Positions 15,272 to 21,934 are shown, numbered from the stretch's first letter. The stretch is 32,000 bases of DNA from Sphingobium sp. Leaf26 (GCF_001421665.1 NZ_LMKV01000001.1:671415-703414); one strand, 5' to 3'. Program-made: numbers and translations. The notes: generated from the letters alone by a model not told the origin.

Positions 15272-15436
15272 CACCTACTTATAGTGATGTCAATAATCTG
15301 GGGCACAACATATGGTATTCCCGTGAGTTTACCATACCACAGGTTGGATTAAAGGTGGAACATCGTGGCAACATCGGCTATGAGAATCATGCACGGGCCA
15401 GAATGTCGATCAACCTTTTAAAAAAGGAATGAAGCC

Positions 15437-15691
15437 ATGATTGAAGTGCGAACCAAAATCCTCAACATCTTGCGAAAAGGTCCAGTGCTTGCGGTCAATC
15501 ACAGGTTCCATATCGAAGGTGAAGACGCGGCAGTCGTGCATGAGACAGCAGCGGAGATGCACAACCGAGGTGAGTTTAGAGTAATCGGGGCACCGAATAT
15601 GAACTCAGACTATGCCGGTGCCGATCCTGAAGTATTTTATCTATCACCGCACCGTGCAGAAGCAGAACGCATGTGGAATTTGTTGACCTGA
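15437..15691 (+). CDS. Hypothetical protein
   Basis: 84 aa with an SD (AAGGAAtgaagccATG). No recognisable motif. Confidence 0.55.
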   Translation: MIEVRTKILNILRKGPVLAVNHRFHIEGEDAAVVHETAAEMHNRGEFRVIGAPNMNSDYAGADPEVFYLSPHRAEAERMWNLLT

Positions 15692-15711
15692 CCGTCAATA
15701 CCCCGTAATGA
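15683..15711 (+). promoter_or_regulatory. Sigma70-like promoter of structured RNA copy B
   Basis: TTGACC (15683-88), a 17-nt spacer, then TAATGA (15706-11). Hairpin H1 begins 4 nt later. The geometry matches the copy A promoter. Confidence 0.45.
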
Positions 15712-15715
15712 GGAA

Positions 15716-15883
15716 GCCCCAGCAGTCGCTGACTGCTGGGGCTGCCCCTTGGGGCTACGGAGGTTCCACGTTCTGATCCTTTCTTACCAAGGCTAGGCCG
15801 AACGACCTCAATTTGAACTGGATGGCCGTCCAGTTCGGCGAAATGGACCGCTAAGGGTAACCTTGGCGGTCCTTTTGCTTTCT
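15716..15883 (+). ncRNA. Candidate structured RNA, copy B (unassigned family)
   Basis: Elements in order: H1 15716-42 (12-bp perfect stem); GGCTACGGAGG 15753-63; GAGGT:ACCTC 15760-64/15805-09; H3 15815-36 with loop tggccg; GGCGAA linker; H4 15845-72; then TTTTGCTTTCT, an intrinsic-terminator shape. Confidence 0.5.
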
Positions 15884-16359
15884 GGCTTGTTAGCCAGACA
15901 CCCCCTATCGTTGATTTCTAGGGCGGACGCAAGCCATTTTGAAGTCAACAGTTAAAATTGTTCTTGGCCACCAAGTTGACAGAGCGGTCAATAGGGTTTG
16001 AAACAGGTCTGAAACGCATATGAAACGCGATTAGCGTGAATTAGCGTTATCTAGAATGAACTAGAGATATGCGGGAAGTCTATCGCGTTTAAACGCGGTG
16101 TTACCGAAACCGAACACAACTCTAATCGGATTGATAATGTTATCACTGCAACTGGGTGCAAACTATCATCAAGTTTAGCGACGTAGAAGCGGATTAAACG
16201 CACATTCACCGAAGACAGACATAGCGTTCCGTCGAAGCTAACATGAAGACAGCGCCGACACAGCGACGGTGCAACGGGTTGCAACCGGCATTGGAAATGA
16301 TTTCCCGGTCACAGAGTTTGCTAAAGCACATACTCACCAATCACCGCGATCGGTTGGTA

Positions 16360-16611
16360 TCACTCTTTCACCCTGACGATCACATTGGCTTTCCAGTCAT
16401 AAGCGCGGATCGCGCCGCCGCAGTAAACATGATGGCGGATTGCATAGCGGACGGCTTCGATCGCGTCGGCACCGTCACGCAGGGCAGCCGTCGCCTCAAC
16501 CCGTCGCGCGCCGTCCCGCCCCGCAACCACTTTCCGCGCCACATAATCGTTTCTATTTCTGGGGGGCGCAGAGCGCTTCTCTCTATTAATAGAGGGCTTG
16601 CGCCACCACAT
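16360..16611 (-). CDS. Possible small protein (weak call)
   Basis: The C-terminal 60 aa of this 83-aa ORF look protein-like (DYVARKVVAGRDGARRVEATAALRDGADAIEAVRYAIRHHVY...). It has no SD, and its 5' end overlaps an operator-like palindrome. Confidence 0.3.
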   Translation of the reverse strand: MWWRKPSINREKRSAPPRNRNDYVARKVVAGRDGARRVEATAALRDGADAIEAVRYAIRHHVYCGGAIRAYDWKANVIVRVKE

Positions 16612-16820
16612 TATGTGTTCATCTGGCAGAGGCGCAGAGCGCCTTAGAAAACCAGCGTAAGCTGCATATTGCGGATACGATCGCTGGGGCGAACGGATCT
16701 CTATTAATAGAGAATCGACCCCGAAGGGGTTGCACGTAAGTGCATGTATTTGAATGGAAATCTCTGATTTCTCTATTAATATTAATTACTACGTAATCCT
16801 TCCTTATATTAATAGAGATT
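16565..16820. promoter_or_regulatory. Operator/iteron-like cluster built on the 16-bp palindrome TCTCTATTAATAGAGA
   Basis: A perfect copy lies at 16698-16713 and a 15/16 copy at 16579-16594. Half-sites ctctattaat (16771-80) and attaatagag (16809-18) form a wider inverted repeat. The direct repeat ggcgcagagcgc occurs at 16565-76 and 16631-42. Confidence 0.6.
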
Positions 16821-17543
16821 CCGCGTTGACCACCCAGCCAGCCGGGCGCTCAAATCCGCGTCATCTGGGTCAACATACCGGCATTGGGCGATGCAGTTGC
16901 CGGACAGGCGTTTGCCGCTGGCATCCAAATGGCTGAAACCGAGCAGGTCGATGCGCGTGTTCGCGTCAACAAACAAGATGGCTGATCGCGGGCTGCGTTC
17001 GTCCAGTTGAGCCGCATCCATCAGAACCAGTTGGTGGTCGTGGTAGTAGGTGCCGCCCTTTTTGGTATAGAGTAGACCGCCACGAAGGCCCGCCTCTTCC
17101 ATGACCGGGGCGATCTCGGTGGTGATTGTCGCCGCGTAGCTATCGCTGATCGGTTCCAACAAAGTTTTGCGTTTCAGGTCCGTGGCCTTCTCCGCGATGG
17201 TCTTTGAATCGAACAGGGTGACGGTCCCGGCGAAGGATGGCTTCTTCCAGTCGATTCTGGCCCCTTTCAGCCACACCTTCAAGGTTAGGCCATAACGGTA
17301 TGGTTTCCCCTTCTTCTTCCCCTGCACGCCCTTCCAATTGTCAAAAACAGCCAGTTCTGCGGCGGCGATAGCAGTGGGACAGGCGGCCGGTCGCTCCCAT
17401 TTCTGGGGGGCATCGATGATTCCGGCTTCGGCCAACATCGCGCGGATCGAACCGGCCATAAGATCGTCCGATTTGCAGATTTCCGCCATTTCCGCGATTG
17501 AAGCGCGGATTTCGTCAAGTTTGAAAAGCAACACGTTTAACAC
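16809..17543 (-). CDS. Hypothetical protein, 244 aa (start uncertain)
   Basis: Long ORF with protein-like composition and no motif I recognise. It is flanked on both sides by the palindromic sites. The listed start is a GTG; GTG 17534 or ATG 17492 are alternatives. Confidence 0.6.
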   Translation of the reverse strand: MLNVLLFKLDEIRASIAEMAEICKSDDLMAGSIRAMLAEAGIIDAPQKWERPAACPTAIAAAELAVFDNWKGVQGKKKGKPYRYGLTLKVWLKGARIDWKKPSFAGTVTLFDSKTIAEKATDLKRKTLLEPISDSYAATITTEIAPVMEEAGLRGGLLYTKKGGTYYHDHQLVLMDAAQLDERSPRSAILFVDANTRIDLLGFSHLDASGKRLSGNCIAQCRYVDPDDADLSARLAGWSTRNLY

Positions 17544-17548
17544 CTCTG

Positions 17549-17589
17549 TAAAACAAAAAACGCCCGTGGGTTAGCGGTCCCACGGGCGT
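17549..17589 (-). terminator. Intrinsic terminator in the leader of the 244-aa gene
   Basis: Minus strand reads ACGCCCGTGGG-accgctaa-CCCACGGGCGT followed by TTTTTTGTTTTAC. It ends 5 nt before the annotated start codon. Confidence 0.65.
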
Positions 17590-17616
17590 CGAATGTTCTT
17601 CAGAGGTATGACGTAG

Positions 17617-17646
17617 TATATATCTACGGCAGACCTATTTAGTCAA
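17617..17646 (-). promoter_or_regulatory. Sigma70-like promoter reading toward the 244-aa gene
   Basis: Minus strand reads TTGACT (17646-41), an 18-nt spacer, then TATATA (17622-17). Confidence 0.5.
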
Positions 17647-17684
17647 AATCATTCTTCCGTGCGCGAGCCGCTAATCCCGTGCAT

Positions 17685-17700
17685 GTCTATTTAATAGAGA
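17685..17700. promoter_or_regulatory. Fifth, slightly imperfect copy of the palindromic site
   Basis: tctatttaatagaga lies about 40 bp upstream of the -35 element above. Confidence 0.5.
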
Positions 17701-17751
17701 ATGCCATTTTGATATCTTCTAACACAATATTTTATTCGTTCTTAAATATCG

Positions 17752-17891
17752 ACGGGGAGACCCGACATCTTGTATAAATAATTGGTCGGGACGTTTTTCT
17801 CTCTCCCCAGTTGGTTGTGTCGTCCCGGCCGCTACTACCAAATCATGGCTTGGGGTCACCGTCAGCTTTCAGACGGTGACCCCATCTTTTT
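17752..17891 (+). ncRNA. Candidate small RNA (weak)
   Basis: A long imperfect hairpin, ggggagacccgac...gtcgggacgtttttctctctcccc (17755-17807), is followed by the terminator at 17852-17891. TAAATATCG at 17743-51 may act as a -10 element. There is no ORF of 60 aa or more. Confidence 0.3.
17852..17891 (+). terminator. Rho-independent terminator
   Basis: ggggtcaccgtc-agctttca-gacggtgacccc followed by atcttttt. Confidence 0.7.
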
Positions 17892-17982
17892 GGCTTAAAC
17901 ACGAGTTCCGGAAGTCGTGTAACTCCTTGAAGTAATCATAACAGAACTTCCAGAACTCGTTGAAAGTAAGTAGTTTTTCTTC

Positions 17983-18011
17983 TTGAAAATAATTTTGGCT
18001 CGCCATAAGTA
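17983..18011 (+). promoter_or_regulatory. Sigma70-like promoter for the HTH gene operon
   Basis: TTGAAA (17983-88), a 17-nt spacer, then TAAGTA (18006-11). A second TTGAAA-g-TAAGTA lies at 17960-72. Confidence 0.5.
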
Positions 18012-18038
18012 GACATCCAACGCAGCAAGGAGACACAA

Positions 18039-18197
18039 GTGCAACTTACGCGAAGCCAAGTAGCCGAACGTCTGGGGATTAGTGTGCGGACGTTTGACCG
18101 GCTTCGGCAGGAGGGATCAATTCCCGAACCGATCAAGACTATTCGGAAACGCCCCATTGTTTGGGACGCTTCAACGATCGAGACACTTCGAACCTAA
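18039..18197 (+). CDS. Excisionase/MerR-type HTH DNA-binding protein (52 aa, absent from the ORF track)
   Basis: Starts at a GTG with AAGGAG 6 nt upstream. The product is VQLTRSQVAERLGISVRTFDRLRQEGSIPEPIKTIRKRPIVWDASTIETLRT, a typical HTH_17 pattern. Confidence 0.6.
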   Translation: MQLTRSQVAERLGISVRTFDRLRQEGSIPEPIKTIRKRPIVWDASTIETLRT

Positions 18198-18277
18198 AAT
18201 GACTGACAATCTGAACTGACCATCCGGGGCCATGCGGTTCCGAAGACGCCCCTACTTTACCCAAAGGAATTCCAAAA

Positions 18278-18625
18278 ATGACTGACAATCCACGTTCACA
18301 GCGCCCGGAAGGCCCACGCATCGCGCCGCTGGAAATTATGGGTGATGATAACGGTGCGGTGCGCGACGCAATGTTGGCCGCCCTTCCCGCAGCAGAAATC
18401 ATCGCGTGCCGTCCATTGGACGAACATTCTACGTGGGAGCAATACAAGCTGGCTACCGGTCAAATCGTAGGGTTCATTCTGTTCCGCAATTCGAAAGATG
18501 AACCCGACACACTTGGCACCGGTGGCGTTCTTCCGCTGATCGGCGGGTGCTTTGACTACTACGTCCGCGATCCCGTGCATCATCGTTATCTCGCACGGAT
18601 GTTGGAAGCATCGCGAGGGCTGTAA
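18278..18625 (+). CDS. Hypothetical protein
   Basis: 115 aa. SD AAGGA lies 9 nt upstream. Confidence 0.55.
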   Translation: MTDNPRSQRPEGPRIAPLEIMGDDNGAVRDAMLAALPAAEIIACRPLDEHSTWEQYKLATGQIVGFILFRNSKDEPDTLGTGGVLPLIGGCFDYYVRDPVHHRYLARMLEASRGL

Positions 18626-18635
18626 GGTTCGAAGC

Positions 18636-19088
18636 ATGGCCGGGCAGGCCTTGACCTATTGGGGTGATAAAATGATTTCGGTTTATGATTTCGAAGAATT
18701 TTGGCTGGCCAATCCAGTTTTGGAAAAGGCGCTTTTGGGGCTGATCGACATCCCGCTGTCGCCGACAACGATCACCGTGGATGGAGCGCAAGTCGACATC
18801 GCGTGGGTCGATTTCGGAGGCGTCCGTAGCGCGGGTGCGGACATTAGCCACCCGGAATTCTCTATCAATTTCGAAACGGTCTTTGATGCTGCGCGGGTCG
18901 AGGGCGACAAATATCGCGTCATCCTTTCTGAAGATGAACGCCTCGCGATGTTGGAATCTTTCGACGGCCCTGCCGGGACCGATGCTTTTCAGGCGTTCTT
19001 TAAATGGCTGGCCGACAACACGGACCAGACGACCTATCCAGCGAAAATCAAAGCAGCAGCCGCAACCTTCGCGGACATCTCGCGCTAA
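18636..19088 (+). CDS. Hypothetical protein
   Basis: 150 aa from ATG 18636 (MAGQALTYWGDK...), 10 nt after the previous stop. An alternative ATG is at 18672. It is followed by a GC hairpin. Confidence 0.55.
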   Translation: MAGQALTYWGDKMISVYDFEEFWLANPVLEKALLGLIDIPLSPTTITVDGAQVDIAWVDFGGVRSAGADISHPEFSINFETVFDAARVEGDKYRVILSEDERLAMLESFDGPAGTDAFQAFFKWLADNTDQTTYPAKIKAAAATFADISR

Positions 19089-19254
19089 CGATCCGGGGGA
19101 GGCGCTGACCTCCCCACCCTTTCGACATCGTCACTTCAAATACATCTGCGCGCCGGGGGCGTGTGGAACCCCGTGACCCTGTGCGGGTCATAACCCATCC
19201 TTGCGCCCCTTCCGGTCTAGCCAAGGATGTCACCAGACCGGGGGGACCATCACC

Positions 19255-19419
19255 ATGAACGACCTGATCACGATCACCATCCTTGCCGCCGCGAACGATA
19301 ACACTCTGCTGATGATCATCGTCGACGAACCCCGTCAGCCACACTGGGCCGCAACGGGTGAATATGACCCGGCGATGATGGAAGCCTACTGGTCCGATGT
19401 GGCTTTGCAGTTCGGCTGA
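19255..19419 (+). CDS. Hypothetical small protein
   Basis: 54 aa (MNDLITITILAAANDNTLLMIIVDEPRQ...). The SD is G-rich (GGGGGGA). Confidence 0.4.
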   Translation: MNDLITITILAAANDNTLLMIIVDEPRQPHWAATGEYDPAMMEAYWSDVALQFG

Positions 19420-19566
19420 CCGTCACTTCAAAGAGTTAACGGGTTGCACCAATTTCCGCGAATCGTGGCCAAAATGCTGAAAAACCAGCGTGCCACGATT
19501 TTAATTTTGAGTTTCGATAGTCCCAGTCGGTAGCTTTGGGCTTCAACCAATAGATTGACCCTACCG

Positions 19567-19758
19567 ATGACCGACCGTTTCATTTCTCAGAAGGAAGTGC
19601 TGGCACAGACCAGCTTGTCGCGCATGACCATCTACCGGATGCGTCAGGATGGAGAATTCCCCGCTCCTGTTTATCTCAACAAGAACCGCACCCGCGTCGC
19701 ATGGCGCGAAAGCGAGGTGCGGCAATGGATGGAATCCCGGCTGTCAGTCACTCACTGA
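19567..19758 (+). CDS. alpA: AlpA-family phage transcriptional regulator / excisionase-like protein
   Basis: MTDRFISQKEVLAQTSLSRMTIYRMRQDGEFPAPVYLNKNRTRVAWRESEVRQWMESR shows the classic AlpA pattern. The gene is convergent with int. Confidence 0.8.
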   Translation: MTDRFISQKEVLAQTSLSRMTIYRMRQDGEFPAPVYLNKNRTRVAWRESEVRQWMESRLSVTH

Positions 19759-19767
19759 CCATGCCGG

Positions 19768-21165
19768 TCAAACGTGGCTGACCGAAATTTTAGCCGCCTT
19801 CCGCACCTTGGACGTGCGCTTGATAGGGTCAAGCTGCCCACGTTTTGCGGCGCGGACATCTTCATCCGCCTTGGCTTTATCCAGCACCTCTTGCCACACG
19901 CGCAGCGCGTAGGCCTTTTCGTGCATATAGTTGTGCTTGTTGTAATTTTTCCTGCTGCCGACCGTGGTGGTTCGTTCGACATGGTTCAGAAGGGCTTCGG
20001 TCACTTCATCGGTGACGACCCGATTGATCGTGCCGGGGTGATGCAGCCGCTGGAACGTCGTCGTGATTGTGCGCCGAAAATCGTGCGCTGACCAACCTTC
20101 CATGGCGAAGCCGTCCGCCTTGGCCAGATGTTCGGTTTCACGAAACAGCAGATGCGTCGATTTGGAAAAGGCGTTCAACGCCTTATCTGCCTTCGCTTGC
20201 TGAAACACGAAGGTCGCCTTTGGATTCGCCTCCCTCAACGCCCGCAGCCAGTCCACGATAGGCTGCTGAAGCAGCAGATAGTTCGGCCGCCCATTCTTGG
20301 TGGATGGCCCCGGTTGCGTCCAACTCCCTTCGTCAAGATCGAACTGATCCCACGTCGCTGTCATCGCTTCTTCAAGCCGACAGCCTGTCGCTAGGATGAG
20401 ACGCAAGCCCAGTGCGAAGGACCGATGGTTGCTTGGCTTTTCGGCCGTCGCATAACGGTCGATGACCGCGATGACATAGCCCAGTTCGCGTTCGTCAAGG
20501 TAGCGTTCGACCGTGCCGATCGTGTTCTTGGCCCCAAGGTATCGTGCGGCATCCTCCTGATTGACGACCTTATAGCGATATTCGCTGACCATCCGCTTCC
20601 ACAGCGTTTTCAGGAATCCGGCAAATTTGTAACCCTGATGCGGTGACCGAGCCTTTGCCTTATCCAACAGCCGATCCAGCACCCTGTGGTCGATCTGGGT
20701 CAATGGAAGGTCGGCGATTTCGGACAGGTATCGCGACCAATACAGCTTTTCAGCGTGGGGCTGTTTCAACGTCTCCACATGGTCGGGCAGGTAATAGGTG
20801 TCCCAGAACCATTGAAGGGTCTGTGTGTCATTCGCTGCCTTGGCGTCCTCGACGGCCTTCGCCTCTTCCTTCAGACGGACCTTTTCCAATTTCGGGTCGA
20901 TCCCGCGTGCCCGCAGCGCCTCCTGTTCGCCCGCCCACGACCGGGCCATGGTCAAGGAAAATGCCGGGTATGACCCCAGCGACATTTTCGCCTGCTTCTG
21001 ATCGCTGGGGCGGCGATACTGATACACCCACGATTTCGAACCCGTTGGCTGCACCATCAGATACAGGCCGGGAGTCATCCCATCCTTGATCGCATCCGCC
21101 GACTTCGCACCGGGCGTGGGCTTGGCGGCCTTCACAGCCGTGTCCGTCAAATTCTTCGCAGCCAT
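19768..21165 (-). CDS. int: Tyrosine integrase, P4-like (DUF4102 arm-binding N-terminus)
   Basis: The N-terminus is LTDTAVKAAKP...GLYLMVQPTGSKSWVYQYR. The C-terminal catalytic region has GCRLEE, HDFRRT and LLNHV...NY. I take the start at ATG 21165, with AAGGGA 7 nt upstream. Confidence 0.9.
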   Translation of the reverse strand: MAAKNLTDTAVKAAKPTPGAKSADAIKDGMTPGLYLMVQPTGSKSWVYQYRRPSDQKQAKMSLGSYPAFSLTMARSWAGEQEALRARGIDPKLEKVRLKEEAKAVEDAKAANDTQTLQWFWDTYYLPDHVETLKQPHAEKLYWSRYLSEIADLPLTQIDHRVLDRLLDKAKARSPHQGYKFAGFLKTLWKRMVSEYRYKVVNQEDAARYLGAKNTIGTVERYLDERELGYVIAVIDRYATAEKPSNHRSFALGLRLILATGCRLEEAMTATWDQFDLDEGSWTQPGPSTKNGRPNYLLLQQPIVDWLRALREANPKATFVFQQAKADKALNAFSKSTHLLFRETEHLAKADGFAMEGWSAHDFRRTITTTFQRLHHPGTINRVVTDEVTEALLNHVERTTTVGSRKNYNKHNYMHEKAYALRVWQEVLDKAKADEDVRAAKRGQLDPIKRTSKVRKAAKISVSHV

Positions 21166-21333
21166 AGCTGTGTCCCTTCGCAGGCCAAGTAGTCTACAAG
21201 TAGTCACAGGTCCATACTGCGGGGGTGCCGGGGAGACTCGCTGATACCATTGCCAGACCGGACAACCTCTATAGAATGACGGAAATCAGCCATTTTATTG
21301 GTCACATTCGGTATCGGATGGTATCAGCGAATT

Positions 21334-21387
21334 TGGCACCGCATCAGATTAGGAATCTAATGCTCTATCCTGCTGAGCTACGGGTGC
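21334..21387 (-). tRNA. tRNA-Arg(CCT)-like sequence lacking a recognisable T arm (truncated or rearranged tRNA at the att junction)
   Basis: Reverse complement is GCACCCG-TA-GCTCAGCAGGATAGAGC-A-TTAGA-TTCCTAA-TCTGA-TGC-GGTGCCA. The acceptor 5' strand, D arm and anticodon arm (CCT) are canonical. They are followed directly by GGTGCCA; no GTTCRANYC-type loop is present. Confidence 0.55.
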
Positions 21388-21448
21388 CCGGCGACGGCTC
21401 TATTGTGCGCGAAGAGCCCGGTCAATTCTCGGCCGTCAATTTAATGGC

Positions 21449-21934
21449 TCAATTCTTGGCCTGAGGCGGGATGACCGGAAAGGGAAGCGGCGCGACCTCC
21501 ACCCCTTCGGCGATCAGCGCCTTCGCCTCGGCCGGGGCGACCTCGCCATGGATGCTGGTGCGGTCCTTTTCGCCATAATGCATCGCGCGCGCCTGTTCGG
21601 CAAAGCCGCGCCCGACCCAGGTGGACCCTTCCAGCGCCTTGGCCTGCGCCTGCCCCAACGCCTCTACCAGCGCCTGCATCTTGGCCTGGTCGGCGACGTT
21701 CATCACCGGCGCGGTCGGTTCGGCCTGCGCGGGCGATGCAGGCGCGATGCCCGAACGGCTATTGCCCTTCGCGCCAACCGCCGGGGCCATCACCGCCTTG
21801 GTCACATCAGCGTCGCCACACATCGGACAGGTCAGAAGGCCGCGCGCCTTCTGATCCGCATAATCGGCGCTGGACCCGAACCATGCCTCGAACACATGGC
21901 CCTGGCCCGCGCATTTCAGGTCGAACACGATCAC
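21449..21934 (-). CDS. DUF1178 family zinc-ribbon protein
   Basis: Product from GTG 21934 is (M)IVFDLKCAGQGHVFEAWFGSSADYADQKARGLLTCPMCGD. A GTGA start/stop overlap joins it to the upstream hydrolase gene. Confidence 0.8.
   Translation of the reverse strand: MIVFDLKCAGQGHVFEAWFGSSADYADQKARGLLTCPMCGDADVTKAVMAPAVGAKGNSRSGIAPASPAQAEPTAPVMNVADQAKMQALVEALGQAQAKALEGSTWVGRGFAEQARAMHYGEKDRTSIHGEVAPAEAKALIAEGVEVAPLPFPVIPPQAKN

Larger units (their letters stand above)
1..21333. mobile_element. Prophage (tailed temperate phage), right-hand ~21.3 kb; left end beyond window
   Basis: Contiguous phage gene set (head completion, capsid, scaffold, MuF, portal, TerL, peptidoglycan hydrolase, endonuclease I, TerS-like, AlpA, tyrosine integrase) ending beside a tRNA-Arg(CCT)-like sequence at 21334-21387. 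GC is visibly lower, with AT-rich intergenic islands, than in the core genes from 21449 onward. Confidence 0.85.

Noticed and set aside
15311-15336. 7-bp inverted repeat tatggta/taccata in the divergent region between terS-like and the 84-aa gene, and its resemblance to atggtatc near att.
   Set aside because: It is too short to be significant on its own, and the similarity to the att-proximal repeat is only 7 nt.
13072-15870. CCAAGG/CCTTGG cores in the RNA elements (13076, 15787, 15861) resembling the AACCAAGGTT centre of hix/gix invertase crossover sites, next to a serine recombinase.
   Set aside because: The flanking half-sites show no dyad symmetry or similarity to the invertase site consensus. 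The motifs sit in conserved RNA loop positions instead.
16243-16647. 134-aa plus-strand ORF and the 16051-16284 minus-strand ORF in the control region.
   Set aside because: No RBS, unnatural composition, and they span palindromes and repeats. I kept only the minus-strand 83-aa ORF, as a weak call.
16579-17700. Whether the repeated palindromes could be a CRISPR array.
   Set aside because: The repeats are 16-bp palindromes at irregular spacing (104, 57 and about 870 bp) with no uniform spacers and no cas genes. An operator or iteron reading fits better.
17936-18157. 73-aa minus-strand ORF.
   Set aside because: It overlaps the plus-strand HTH gene, which has a strong SD and a textbook HTH sequence.
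13571-19490. Distant shared 11-12-mers: aaaatgctgaaa at 13571 and 19471, and aaaaccagcgt at 16646 and 19480.
   Set aside because: In 32 kb, dozens of 11-12-mer coincidences are expected by chance. I treated as meaningful only repeats of 15 nt or more, or ones that are closely spaced.
21334-21387. Interpreting the armless tRNA-like sequence as a functional minimal tRNA.
   Set aside because: Bacterial T-armless tRNAs are not established. A truncation or recombination product at the att site is the simpler explanation, so I report it as an anomaly to check and not as a new RNA class.
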